From sequence record DRR723986_4862: a stretch of 26,934 nucleotides of DNA. One strand, given 5' to 3'. A program made the position numbers and the translations under genes. A model generated the notes under the pieces. The model searched no databases. It had not been told where the DNA came from and saw nothing but the letters and a program-made list of their open reading frames with translations. This document shows positions 8,853 to 18,358 of the stretch, piece by piece. How positions within the stretch are numbered: position 1 is the first letter of the stretch; every line of letters starts with the position of its first letter.

Positions 8853-11800
8853 ATGAGTGACCGCCGAGATTTTATTGCGCTGGAGTGGCTGAGCGAAGAG
8901 CTTAAAGCCACACTGCTGCAATGTGCTGCGATGATTCGCGATTCTGCGTTACACAGCAGTGAGCCGGCAACGCTTGAGCCACTCAGCGGTCAGCTGCACC
9001 AAGTGCAGGGCTCGCTACAAATGATCGAGTTCAGCGGTGCCGCGCTGTTGCTGGCAGAAATGGAAGCTGCCGTAACCGGAGTGATAGAGCGCGACGTACC
9101 GGTGGCGCAGCGCGGAGACCTGCTGGAAGCGGTTGCCGTTGCCTGTGAGGCGTTACCTCGATATTTCGACTCTTTGCGCAATGCGCGCAGCGAACTGCCG
9201 GTCGACCTTATTCTCGTTTTCAACGAATTGCGCGCGGCGCGCGGTGGTCGCCTGCTTTCCTCGGGGTTGCTGTTTGAGGCCTCGCAAACACAGCTCGCGG
9301 TGGAACCCTCGCTGCAGCGCGATGACTTGGCTGAGTTAATGGCCAAGCTTCACAAAATGTACCAAATTGCCCTTAAGGCCTACCTCGACGGTGGCGACGA
9401 CGACAAAAATCTCGCCTATCTGCATAAAGTCTGTAGCCGCGTGGCGCGCTTACAGAGTGAGCAGGCCAGCTATTTGCTGTGGCAGTCTGCGAGTGTACTT
9501 ATTGAAGCGATTCAGGCTGACCGTCTCCCCGCGGGTGCGGTGCGCATCGACTTCCTGCACCGCTTGGGGCATGAGATTCGCACCCTTGCCAACGGCGCAC
9601 CCTCCGATGCGTCGCGACATGCTTTGCTCGACGATATTGTTTTCTACGCGCTGTGCAGTGCCAACGAGAGCGAGGCGCTGAGCCGGCTTCGCAAGACTCA
9701 GGGTTTCCCCACCGGTCTCACCTCTTTTGAGGGCCAGCAGCAGTTTATCGCCACCGCCCAGCCGCGCTTGGTTGTGGCATTGCGGGATTTATCGGCAGAG
9801 CTGGATAGCGGCGTTGAAGCCAGTCGCTTAAATGAACGGGTCGAGGTTTTTGCCGACGCCATGGCGATATTGGGCTTAATCCAGCCTCTGTATGCGCTGC
9901 GCAGCGCGGCTGCCGGTATTGAATCCGGGGTTGAGAGTGCACAGCTTAGCTTGAGCCGCGTGCTTGCGAGAGTGGCCGAACAGCTCGATGTTGAGCCAGA
10001 GCCTGTTGCACCCCAACTGCCGGCGAGTGGTGAGCAGCAGTCGACGATTGGTGCAGCGCGCGCCGAATTGGCAGACATTCAGGAAGCGCTCGTCAACTAT
10101 GTGGCAGAACAATGCCAGCATCACTATTTGCAGGGCTTGCCACAGCGTATCAGCGATTTGGCGCTCGCGCTGCAGGCGAGCGAACACGCCGATGCAGCTG
10201 CGGTGATGGGACGGGCGGCGGATTACATTCGCGAGCAATTAGTGGACGCCGAACAGGTGCCAGAGTGGCCGATGCTCGACGCGTTGGCCGATGCAATGAC
10301 CTCCGTCGATTACTACCTGGAGCGCAGTGCCGACGGGCCGAGGGTAGAAGACCAGGGGCTGATTCGGGTCGCTGCGGAGTGTGTGGCAAGGCTGGGCTAT
10401 CCCGTCGACCAAAGCGCGCCAGATAATATTGTTGCCATGCCGGTTAAGGCGGCTGACGAGGCATCCTTAGCTGAGGGCGAGAGCGAAGAGTTTGTCGATC
10501 CCGTCGCCACCTCAGAAGAGCTGGCTCTGGATCCCGATGTGCTCGATATCTTCATCGAGGAAGCTGGAGATGTTCAGGCAAGCCTGGGCGAGAAGTTACC
10601 TCGCTGGCGCGATGGCCTGTCATCGCCGTCACTGTTAGCGGACGTGCGCCGAGCCTTCCACACCCTGAAAGGTAGTGGGCGAATGGCGGGGGCGGAGCAG
10701 TGCGGCGACTTTGCTTGGGCGATTGAGAACATGCTCAACAAGGTTGTCGACGGTTACTTCACGATGGATCCGCTGCGCCTTGGTGTGGTTGAGCGAGCGG
10801 CTCAAATACTCCCCGAGCTGATCGAAGAGCTGTCTCATAAAAGGGCCCTACCACCGTCGCAGTTGCGCGATTTACTTGCCGACGCTGAGTTGTTGGCAAA
10901 GGAGCAAAGTCCGGAGCTCAGTACGCCGGCGCCTGCCGCCAGCGACGGAGAACAAGCCGAGCTAACCGCCGTGTTTATCGGCGAGGCGGAAGTTCACCTG
11001 CGCCAGGTTGAGCAGTTTCTTCAAGGTGTTTACAGCTATCCCGTTCATCTCAGCGATGAGTTGCAGCGCGCCCTACATACCTTGAAGGGCTCGTCGAAAA
11101 TGGCCGAAATATGGGCGGTGGCCAGTATTATTACGCCGCTGGAAGGGCTGGTAAAAGAAGCCCGCTCGATGCGCATCGCGGTGGATGAAGCGTTCATACA
11201 GTTGGTCGCTGATGTGCTGGCGGAAACACGCAAGCTAGTGCAGCGTTTGCGCCACAGCCCGGCTTCCAGTTTGGAGGCATCATCGGCGTTGCGCGAACGT
11301 ATTCAGCAGGCCGAAATCAGCTTGATGGCGCAGGCGGAAACCGCCGAGGCCCAGCGACAAGCCGGCCAAATAGCCCCTGATGCGCTAAATCAGTTCTTAC
11401 TCACCTTTGGCGATCATATTCAGGGCTTGATCGATAAAATTCGCGATGCCGGTCAGCCGATAACTGCCTCGGTCATGCAGGAGTACGCGCCGATAATGGG
11501 GCAGTTCGCCCAGCGCGCAGAGGATATTGGCAGTGAAAGCACCGCCGAAATAGCGCAGGCCCTGCAGGTATTGCTCAGCCATGGTCGCGACCCATTACCG
11601 GCCGAGTTCTTGCAGTTGACCGAGCGTGCCCTCGACCAACTGATGGACGACCTGAATCAAATTGCTGCGGAAAACAGTGCCGAGGTGAATGCAGAGCTGC
11701 TTGAGCAGCTGCGCGACTTCGACGCCTCGGCGCGTGTCGAAACGCCCGCCGATACTCTTGCCGCTACTCCGGCATCGGCTGAGTTGTCTGAAGACAGTAC

Positions 11801-14114
11801 CGCGATGGCAGCGCCATTGCCCGCGGCAGATATTGAGGATATCGACCCGGATATTCTCGAAATCTTTATGGAAGAGGCAAGGGACTTACTGGAGGGCTTG
11901 GACAATGCCCTGCACAGTTGGGATGAAGATCGCGACAATCCCCGCTACCTAGACGATGTGCAGCGTTATTTGCACACCTTTAAGGGTGGTGCGCGCCTTA
12001 CCGGGCTAACGGCGATGGGTGATTTCGCCCACCAGATGGAAACCGAAATCTCCGAATCCCTCGCCAAAGGCGAGGCGTCGTTGGCGGACTTGCTGCCGGT
12101 TGTTCAGCAGGCGCAAGACAAACTGGTGGCAATGCTCGACGGTTTGGACACCGAGGTAGCCGCCCCTACCCCCGCAGAACCGGTTGTGACCTTAGAGGTC
12201 GCGCCGGCGTCGGAGGAAGTGGCTCCTAAACCTTCTGAAGGCACGGCGCCGCAGTGGTCTGCGATACAGGCTCGCGGCCCGCAGGAGATGATCAAAGTAC
12301 CCTCTGAGTTGTTGGAGCGCCTGATCAACCTCGCCGGTGAAACCTCGATTGCTCGTGGTCGTATCGAAGAACAGGTGAGTGAAGTTCATTTCTCACTGGA
12401 AGAAATGGAAATGACCGTTGAGCGCTTGCAGGAGCAGGTGCGCCGGCTGGACATGGAAACCGAAGCGCAAATTATTCACCGCCAGGAGCAAATGGAGAGT
12501 GAGGGGGCTGAGGGCTTCGATCCATTGGAGTTCGACCGCTACTCACAGCTGCAACAGCTGTCGCGAGCACTGTTGGAGTCGGCATCGGATTTGGTCGATT
12601 TGCGCAATACGGTTGTCGATAAAAGTCGCGATATGGAAACCTTGCTATTGCAGCAGTCGCGAGTAAATACCGAGCTTCAAGAAGGCCTGATGCACTCGCA
12701 GATGGTGCATTTCTCTCGCATGGTTCCGCGTTTGCGGCGCGGCGTTCGTCAGCTGTGTGGCGAGCTGAATAAAGACGTCGACTTCAAGGTTTACAACGCC
12801 GAAGGCGAAATGGACCGCAGGGTGTTAGAGCGGATTATTCCCGCGCTGGAACACATGCTGCGAAACGCCATCGACCACGGCATAGAGTCGGCGGAACAGC
12901 GTCAGCAAAGCGGTAAGCCTGCTCAGGGTGAGCTGTCGATGCGCTTTGATCGCCAGGGCGGTGATGTCGTGATTACGATTAGCGACGATGGCGCGGGTAT
13001 TGATTTGGCTGCGGTTCGGGCCAAGGCTGAGCGCATGCACTTGGTTGCAGCGGGGGCTGAACTTAGCGAACGTCAGTTACTCGATTTTATTTTCCATGCG
13101 GGCTTTTCCACAGCAGACAATGTTACGCAGATCTCCGGCCGCGGCGTGGGTATGGATGTGGTGCACAGCGAGATCAAGCAGCTCGGCGGTTCCATCGAGG
13201 TGAGCACCTCGCAAGGCCAGGGCAGCCGCTTTGAAATTCGCCTACCGTTTACGGTGTCGGTTAACCGCGCTCTCATGGTCAGTGTCGGGGGTGAGGTCTA
13301 TGCCGTACCGCTGAACAACATTGAAGGTATCGTGCGCGTCAGCCCTTATGAGCTGGAGGTTTACTACGAGGACGGTGGCCCGGATTTTGAGTATGCCGGT
13401 CAGCAATACAAGCTGCGCTATATGGGGCAGTTGATGGGTGTGTCTGCCCCCCACTTAGAGGGCCAGTTGGAGCCGAAACCTGTACTGCTGATTCGCAATG
13501 CCGAGCCAGCCACCGCGGTACAGGTCGACTCATTGATGGGTTCGCGGGAAGTGGTGGTGAAATCACTGGGGCCGCAGTTTGCCGCCGTGCCGGGATTGTC
13601 TGGCGCCACGGTGCTGGGTGACGGCAGTGTGGTGGTGATTTTGGATATGCTGGCCAGCATCCGTGCCGATGCAACGCGGCGCTTGAGTGGTTCTGAAATG
13701 CAGGGGCAGTTGCCCAGCAGCGACGTTCCCGTCAAACATGTCATGGTCGTCGACGATTCGGTGACTGTGCGCAAGGTGACGTCGCGCTTGCTTGAGCGTC
13801 AGCAGATGAAGGTCACATTGGCGCGCGATGGGCTGGAAGCCGTCAACCAGTTGCAGGAAATGGACGCGCTGCCGGATGTCATATTGCTGGATATAGAGAT
13901 GCCGAGGATGGACGGTTTTGAAGTGGCTAGCCGCCTGCAGAGCTCGCCGCGCTTCAAGGACATTGCCATTATTATGATTAGCTCGCGTACCGGCCAGAAG
14001 CACCGCCAGCGAGCGTCAGGCCTGGGTGTCACGCGCTTCCTGGGTAAACCCTATCAGGAAATACAGCTGCTAAAAGCGATTGAGGAAGTTATGTCGAAGG
14101 TGGACGCGGAATGA
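8853..14114 (+). CDS. chpA: Pil-Chp hybrid CheA-like histidine kinase ChpA (PilL)
   Basis: Multiple Hpt motifs (FHTLKGS, LHTLKGS, LHTFKGG), HATPase boxes (HMLRNAIDHGIE, DDGAG, GFSTA, SGRGVGMDVV), a CheW domain and a C-terminal REC domain (DDSVTVRK, DIEMPRMDG). Confidence 0.96.
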   Translation: MSDRRDFIALEWLSEELKATLLQCAAMIRDSALHSSEPATLEPLSGQLHQVQGSLQMIEFSGAALLLAEMEAAVTGVIERDVPVAQRGDLLEAVAVACEALPRYFDSLRNARSELPVDLILVFNELRAARGGRLLSSGLLFEASQTQLAVEPSLQRDDLAELMAKLHKMYQIALKAYLDGGDDDKNLAYLHKVCSRVARLQSEQASYLLWQSASVLIEAIQADRLPAGAVRIDFLHRLGHEIRTLANGAPSDASRHALLDDIVFYALCSANESEALSRLRKTQGFPTGLTSFEGQQQFIATAQPRLVVALRDLSAELDSGVEASRLNERVEVFADAMAILGLIQPLYALRSAAAGIESGVESAQLSLSRVLARVAEQLDVEPEPVAPQLPASGEQQSTIGAARAELADIQEALVNYVAEQCQHHYLQGLPQRISDLALALQASEHADAAAVMGRAADYIREQLVDAEQVPEWPMLDALADAMTSVDYYLERSADGPRVEDQGLIRVAAECVARLGYPVDQSAPDNIVAMPVKAADEASLAEGESEEFVDPVATSEELALDPDVLDIFIEEAGDVQASLGEKLPRWRDGLSSPSLLADVRRAFHTLKGSGRMAGAEQCGDFAWAIENMLNKVVDGYFTMDPLRLGVVERAAQILPELIEELSHKRALPPSQLRDLLADAELLAKEQSPELSTPAPAASDGEQAELTAVFIGEAEVHLRQVEQFLQGVYSYPVHLSDELQRALHTLKGSSKMAEIWAVASIITPLEGLVKEARSMRIAVDEAFIQLVADVLAETRKLVQRLRHSPASSLEASSALRERIQQAEISLMAQAETAEAQRQAGQIAPDALNQFLLTFGDHIQGLIDKIRDAGQPITASVMQEYAPIMGQFAQRAEDIGSESTAEIAQALQVLLSHGRDPLPAEFLQLTERALDQLMDDLNQIAAENSAEVNAELLEQLRDFDASARVETPADTLAATPASAELSEDSTAMAAPLPAADIEDIDPDILEIFMEEARDLLEGLDNALHSWDEDRDNPRYLDDVQRYLHTFKGGARLTGLTAMGDFAHQMETEISESLAKGEASLADLLPVVQQAQDKLVAMLDGLDTEVAAPTPAEPVVTLEVAPASEEVAPKPSEGTAPQWSAIQARGPQEMIKVPSELLERLINLAGETSIARGRIEEQVSEVHFSLEEMEMTVERLQEQVRRLDMETEAQIIHRQEQMESEGAEGFDPLEFDRYSQLQQLSRALLESASDLVDLRNTVVDKSRDMETLLLQQSRVNTELQEGLMHSQMVHFSRMVPRLRRGVRQLCGELNKDVDFKVYNAEGEMDRRVLERIIPALEHMLRNAIDHGIESAEQRQQSGKPAQGELSMRFDRQGGDVVITISDDGAGIDLAAVRAKAERMHLVAAGAELSERQLLDFIFHAGFSTADNVTQISGRGVGMDVVHSEIKQLGGSIEVSTSQGQGSRFEIRLPFTVSVNRALMVSVGGEVYAVPLNNIEGIVRVSPYELEVYYEDGGPDFEYAGQQYKLRYMGQLMGVSAPHLEGQLEPKPVLLIRNAEPATAVQVDSLMGSREVVVKSLGPQFAAVPGLSGATVLGDGSVVVILDMLASIRADATRRLSGSEMQGQLPSSDVPVKHVMVVDDSVTVRKVTSRLLERQQMKVTLARDGLEAVNQLQEMDALPDVILLDIEMPRMDGFEVASRLQSSPRFKDIAIIMISSRTGQKHRQRASGLGVTRFLGKPYQEIQLLKAIEEVMSKVDAE

Positions 14115-14590
14115 TGCATGCCTTACCTGATGCCTCCTTGGCGAACCTGATCATGCCCATCGCCGGTGGCGGGCTGCTGTTACCCAATAGCTGCGTGGTG
14201 GAAGTTGCCAGTGCGCGACAGTTAAGCTCTGCCATGTCATCGACCTTCATCTTGGGGATGTTGCGCTGGCGCCAGCGCGAGATTCCACTGGTGTGCTTTG
14301 AGGGCTTGCGCGACGGTGAGTTGCCTGCAGAGCCAGCGATCCGGCAAGTGGCGGTGATGGCCGGACTCAACGACCGCGAGCGCTTGCCGCACTACGCGAT
14401 CTTGCTGTCGTCGGTGCCCCACTTGTTAAGTGTTCACGCCGGCGATGTTAAAACCTTGGGCCACTGTGAGGACCAGCCGGCGATTTTTGCCGACGTTGAA
14501 GTGCATGGCCAACGCTTGTTGATACCGGATATTGATGTACTTGAGGAAAAGATCCTCACGGAACTCTCCCCTGCAGAGCAGGCGGAGTGA
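14111..14590 (+). CDS. chpC: CheW-like protein ChpC
   Basis: CheW-like pattern LLLPNSCVVEV...LGMLRWRQREIPLVCFE; ATGA overlap with the chpA stop. Confidence 0.8.
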   Translation: MMHALPDASLANLIMPIAGGGLLLPNSCVVEVASARQLSSAMSSTFILGMLRWRQREIPLVCFEGLRDGELPAEPAIRQVAVMAGLNDRERLPHYAILLSSVPHLLSVHAGDVKTLGHCEDQPAIFADVEVHGQRLLIPDIDVLEEKILTELSPAEQAE

Positions 14591-14593
14591 TCG

Positions 14594-15325
14594 CTAGGTA
14601 AAATCTCCCCAGCGCGCCTGAAGAACACTGATCGCCGCCAGTGGTGCCGTTTCGGTGCGCAGAATTCTCGGCCCCAGGGCCATGCAGTTAAAGCCCAGCT
14701 CGATGCTACGGGCAACCTCATCGTCAGTGAGTCCGCCTTCGGGGCCCACCAATAAGGCAACACTTGTTGGGGCCGGCGGCGGAGCGGCGCCCTCGCCGTG
14801 GTGAGGGCTGAGTACCGCTTTGTAATCGGCGCGGCAGCTATCGATCCAGTGCTCAAGTTCCTGAGGGGTGGCGACATCTACCAGCTGACTGCGGCCGGAT
14901 TGTTCGCAGGCGCTGATCATGACTTGCTGCCAATGCCGCCATTTCTTTTCTTCGCGCTCGGCATTGAGCTTCACATCGACCCGTTCGCTGCGCAAGGGCA
15001 CTATCCGCGCAACGCCCAGTTCAGTCGCTTTCTGAACAACCCAGTCCATACGGTCGCCCTTCGAGAGACCAATGCCAAGCTCGATTCGCAGCGGTGACTC
15101 GCAGTCCTGCGAGCTGTCGACATCGGTGACCGAGCACCACAACTGGCGCCGGTTGGCGTCGGAAATGGTGGCCAGATAGTCGTTGCCGTCGCCGTTAAAC
15201 AGGCGCACAGAGCGGCCCACTTTCATGCGCAGCACCTGCAGCAGGTAGTGTGCTGCGCGCTCCTCCAACTCAAGCTGTTGGCCATTGCTTAGGGCTTGCG
15301 AGGTATAGATTCGGGGAATTCGCAT
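14594..15325 (-). CDS. rsmE: 16S rRNA m3U1498 methyltransferase RsmE
   Basis: Motifs HYLLQVLR, KGDRMDWVVQKATELG, ACEQSGR, VGPEGG and LGPRILRTETA. Confidence 0.97.
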   Translation of the reverse strand: MRIPRIYTSQALSNGQQLELEERAAHYLLQVLRMKVGRSVRLFNGDGNDYLATISDANRRQLWCSVTDVDSSQDCESPLRIELGIGLSKGDRMDWVVQKATELGVARIVPLRSERVDVKLNAEREEKKWRHWQQVMISACEQSGRSQLVDVATPQELEHWIDSCRADYKAVLSPHHGEGAAPPPAPTSVALLVGPEGGLTDDEVARSIELGFNCMALGPRILRTETAPLAAISVLQARWGDFT

Positions 15326-15344
15326 TATCTAACTACCTTCCCCG

Positions 15345-16652
15345 TTACAGTGCTTTGATAAACGCTTTTGAGTTGCGCTGAAAGTTGTAGAGCTTCTGCT
15401 TGGCTTCGGGCAATTCGGTAAAGGGGCATTGCACATAGCCCTGCTCTTGAAACCAATGAGCGGTTTGCGTGGTCAGTACAAAAACCTGGTTTAGCCCCTG
15501 TTGCCGGGCTTCCCGCTCAAGTTGGGCCAGCAGTCGCTCGGCGCGATCGGCGCCGCGGTAGTCGGGGTGCGTGGCGACGCAGGCTATTTCCCCGGCGCCG
15601 GCTTCGGCGTAAGGGTAAAGTGCTGCGCAGGCGATGACCATGCCATCGCGAACCAAAATCTTGAAATGACCGATTTCATTTTCCAACAACTCGCGCGAGC
15701 GTTTCAGCAATACGCCCCTCGCCTCCAGCGGCTCAATTATCGCTAAGATGCCACCGATATCGTCAATGCTGGCGGTGTGGAGTTGCTCGTAATGTTCCTG
15801 GGTTACCAGCGTACCCGCGCCGTCGCGAGTAAAGAGCTCTTGCAATAGGGCGCCGTCCTCGGAATACGAGACCATGTGGCAGCGATCAATGCCAAGGTCT
15901 CCTGCGTCAACAACCGCCTGCACAATACTGTCTCTGCCCAGGGTGGGCTGTCGTTGCAGTTCGGCATCGACATCACGGTATTCGCACTGGCGGATCAGGC
16001 GCTGTTCGCTGTCTAATAAACCTGCGGCGCCAGTGAGCAAAATCAGCTTGTCGGCTTTTAGGGTCGCGGCGGTATGAACGGCGACGTCTTCGGCGCTCAG
16101 GTTGAAGATTTCTCCCGTTGGCGAATAGCCGAGTGGCGACAACAATACGATGGCCTGCTGATCCAGCTGCTGGCGGAGTGCGCTGGCATCGACCTTGCGG
16201 ACCACGCCGGTGTGCTTAAAGTCGACACCGTCGATCACGCCCATCGGCCGGGCTGTGACAAAGTTGCCTGAGCAAACGCGAATGGCCGCCCCGTGCATGG
16301 GCGAGTTGGCAACGCCCATCGACAGCAGGGCTTCGATATGGGCGCGCAGTGAGCCGGCAGCATCGGTTACGCAGCGCAGCTCTTGTTCATCAGTAATGCG
16401 TAAGTCATTGTGGAATTGGCTGGACAGGCCTGCGTCGCTGACGCGCTGTTCTATCTGAGGTCTGGCGCCGTGCACGAGCACCAGCCGCACCCCAAGGCTG
16501 TTTAGCAAAGCGATATCGTGCACAATATTCGCGAAATTGGCATCGGCTATCGCCTCGCCGCCGAGCATCAGTACAAAGGTTTTTCCACGGTGGGCGTTGA
16601 TATACGGTGCGGAATTTCTAAACCATTTCACGTATTCGGTGTGTTCTGACAT
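15345..16652 (-). CDS. argA: Amino-acid N-acetyltransferase (N-acetylglutamate synthase)
   Basis: AAK domain (WFRNSAPYINAHRGKTFV, LVHGARPQI), ELFTRDGAGT linker and a C-terminal GNAT domain ending YNFQRNSK. Confidence 0.97.
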   Translation of the reverse strand: MSEHTEYVKWFRNSAPYINAHRGKTFVLMLGGEAIADANFANIVHDIALLNSLGVRLVLVHGARPQIEQRVSDAGLSSQFHNDLRITDEQELRCVTDAAGSLRAHIEALLSMGVANSPMHGAAIRVCSGNFVTARPMGVIDGVDFKHTGVVRKVDASALRQQLDQQAIVLLSPLGYSPTGEIFNLSAEDVAVHTAATLKADKLILLTGAAGLLDSEQRLIRQCEYRDVDAELQRQPTLGRDSIVQAVVDAGDLGIDRCHMVSYSEDGALLQELFTRDGAGTLVTQEHYEQLHTASIDDIGGILAIIEPLEARGVLLKRSRELLENEIGHFKILVRDGMVIACAALYPYAEAGAGEIACVATHPDYRGADRAERLLAQLEREARQQGLNQVFVLTTQTAHWFQEQGYVQCPFTELPEAKQKLYNFQRNSKAFIKAL

Positions 16653-16713
16653 GGCGGTGGCCGCTTGCTGTGTTAATAGGGGTATTTTGTTTGCATGGTC
16701 AGTAGCTTACAAG

Positions 16714-16730
16714 GCATTTTTGAAAAATGC
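16714..16730. promoter_or_regulatory. Perfect palindrome, possible operator
   Basis: GCATTTTT-G-AAAAATGC in the argA / hypothetical-gene divergent spacer. Confidence 0.35.
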
Positions 16731-16743
16731 TTGGGCCTAGTGA

Positions 16744-17631
16744 GTGCAGGGGGCCGCGGTGAGGCCTAGCCGGCAGCCTTCGCAGGCTGTGGAGCAGTGG
16801 GCGAGCGAGCTGGCCGAGGATATCGACCGGCATTTCCTGCAAGCACATGAGCGGCTGGATGATGTGTACCGTCGCGAGTTCAGAGCCTTGCCAGCCGTTG
16901 TGCGCCGTCACTGGCAGCACCGCCGAGATATTCCGGCGGATTTAGCGGCACTGCCGCGCAGCCTGTGGCGGATCGTTCGCCGCAGACCTCACAGCGTCAG
17001 GCCGCTTACCGGTAAAGAGCAGGCTGTTGCCCAGTTGTTGGCAGACCACGTGATTGACCTCAATGGGCTGCAAACGCTGCTGATGAATCGGCTGGCGTCT
17101 CACCCAGATTACGACCCCAATGCGGTCGCGCAGCTGCAGTCCGAGTTGGCGCCCTTGCAGCCAGAGTTGGCTGAGCGGCGCCTGAAGCAAGCCGTCGCGC
17201 GATGGGGGCTAAGCCAGGATAGCAGTCGCGATATGCTGGTGTTCCTCGCTCTCGGGCTTGCCGGCAGAGGCCTGAGTGACAAAGTGTTGTTTGGCAGCGC
17301 GTCTCTGTTGGGGGCGTCGGCAGCCAGCTCTTTATATATTGCCAATCAAGGCTGGTTAACCGCCTGGTGGTCGAGTTGGGTTGGTGTGCCCGCATGGGTT
17401 TCAATCAGTGGTGCGGCGGCGGGGATGGTGGGCGTATTACTGCTGACACCGCTAGCTGCGCCCTTTGTTGAGTGTGGCATGAACCGGATGTGGCGTCGGC
17501 AACGCTTGCACCGATTGTTAGACGAGGTGCATCGCCAACTGCGCCCGCCGCTGCGCGAGCAGCTTTGGCATTACGGCAGCTACTTGCAGTTTTTGCCTGA
17601 TTTATTGTTGTTGCTGCGGCAGCTCAAATAA
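16744..17631 (+). CDS. Hypothetical membrane-associated protein
   Basis: 295-aa ORF filling the gap between argA and the oxygenase. It has two or three hydrophobic Gly/Ala-rich segments in the C-terminal half. The start codon is uncertain. Confidence 0.75.
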   Translation: MQGAAVRPSRQPSQAVEQWASELAEDIDRHFLQAHERLDDVYRREFRALPAVVRRHWQHRRDIPADLAALPRSLWRIVRRRPHSVRPLTGKEQAVAQLLADHVIDLNGLQTLLMNRLASHPDYDPNAVAQLQSELAPLQPELAERRLKQAVARWGLSQDSSRDMLVFLALGLAGRGLSDKVLFGSASLLGASAASSLYIANQGWLTAWWSSWVGVPAWVSISGAAAGMVGVLLLTPLAAPFVECGMNRMWRRQRLHRLLDEVHRQLRPPLREQLWHYGSYLQFLPDLLLLLRQLK

Positions 17632-17700
17632 AAGATGTATTGGCAGGGCTGGCGCGGGTTACACTCCGCGACTTTCTAGCCGCTATTTTCTGGGGGGGGT

Positions 17701-18357
17701 GTGGCAACAGAGCCATTGGACAGCGCGCAGTCGCGCGAAGCGATGTTTGATGAGCTGGCAGCGGCGCTGTCGGAGCGCGGCTACGCGGTTATTCAATCTG
17801 CGCTTCCCAGCCGCTTAGCGAGCCCGTTGCAGCAGCGAGTCGCTTCCCTGGATGACAGTGCCTTCCGCCCTGCGGGAGTGGGGCGACAGCAGGCCTATCA
17901 GCGCGACGACTTTGTGCGCAGCGACCATATACGCTGGTTTTCTGACAGCGAGCCGAGCGAGGCGGAGTATTTGGCGTGGATGGAAATGCTGCGCGTCGGT
18001 ATCAATCGGCGGCTTTTCCTCGGCTTGTTTGATTATGAGTGCCATTTTGCGCGCTACGCTCCGGGTAGTTTTTACAAAAAACATGTCGACGCTTTTCGCG
18101 GACGTAGCAACCGCGTACTGTCGACGGTGTTCTATCTCAATCCGCAGTGGGGTTCTGCCGATGGCGGTGAGCTGCTGATATACAGTGGTGACGGTCAGGT
18201 GGAGGCGTCAGTTAAGCCGACGATGGGAACCCTGGTGGTCTTCCTCAGCGAGACGGTTCCCCACGAAGTGCTCCCCGCCGCGCGCCTGCGCCATAGCATT
18301 GCGGGTTGGTTTCGGGTCAATGCGAGCTTGGGGGCAAACATCGACCCACCGTCGTAG
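17701..18357 (+). CDS. 2OG-Fe(II) oxygenase, PHD/EGLN (SM-20/PPHD)-like prolyl hydroxylase family
   Basis: Motifs RSDHIRW, HFARY..G.FYKKHVD (HxD), YLNPQW...GGEL, PHEV (distal His) and RHSIAGWF (2OG-binding Arg). Confidence 0.9.
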   Translation: MATEPLDSAQSREAMFDELAAALSERGYAVIQSALPSRLASPLQQRVASLDDSAFRPAGVGRQQAYQRDDFVRSDHIRWFSDSEPSEAEYLAWMEMLRVGINRRLFLGLFDYECHFARYAPGSFYKKHVDAFRGRSNRVLSTVFYLNPQWGSADGGELLIYSGDGQVEASVKPTMGTLVVFLSETVPHEVLPAARLRHSIAGWFRVNASLGANIDPPS

Positions 18358-18358
18358 C

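Noticed and set aside
16714-16730. ArgR ARG box upstream of argA
   Set aside because: The half-site spacing (GCAT-N9-ATGC) does not fit the 18-bp ARG box, and there is no tandem second box.
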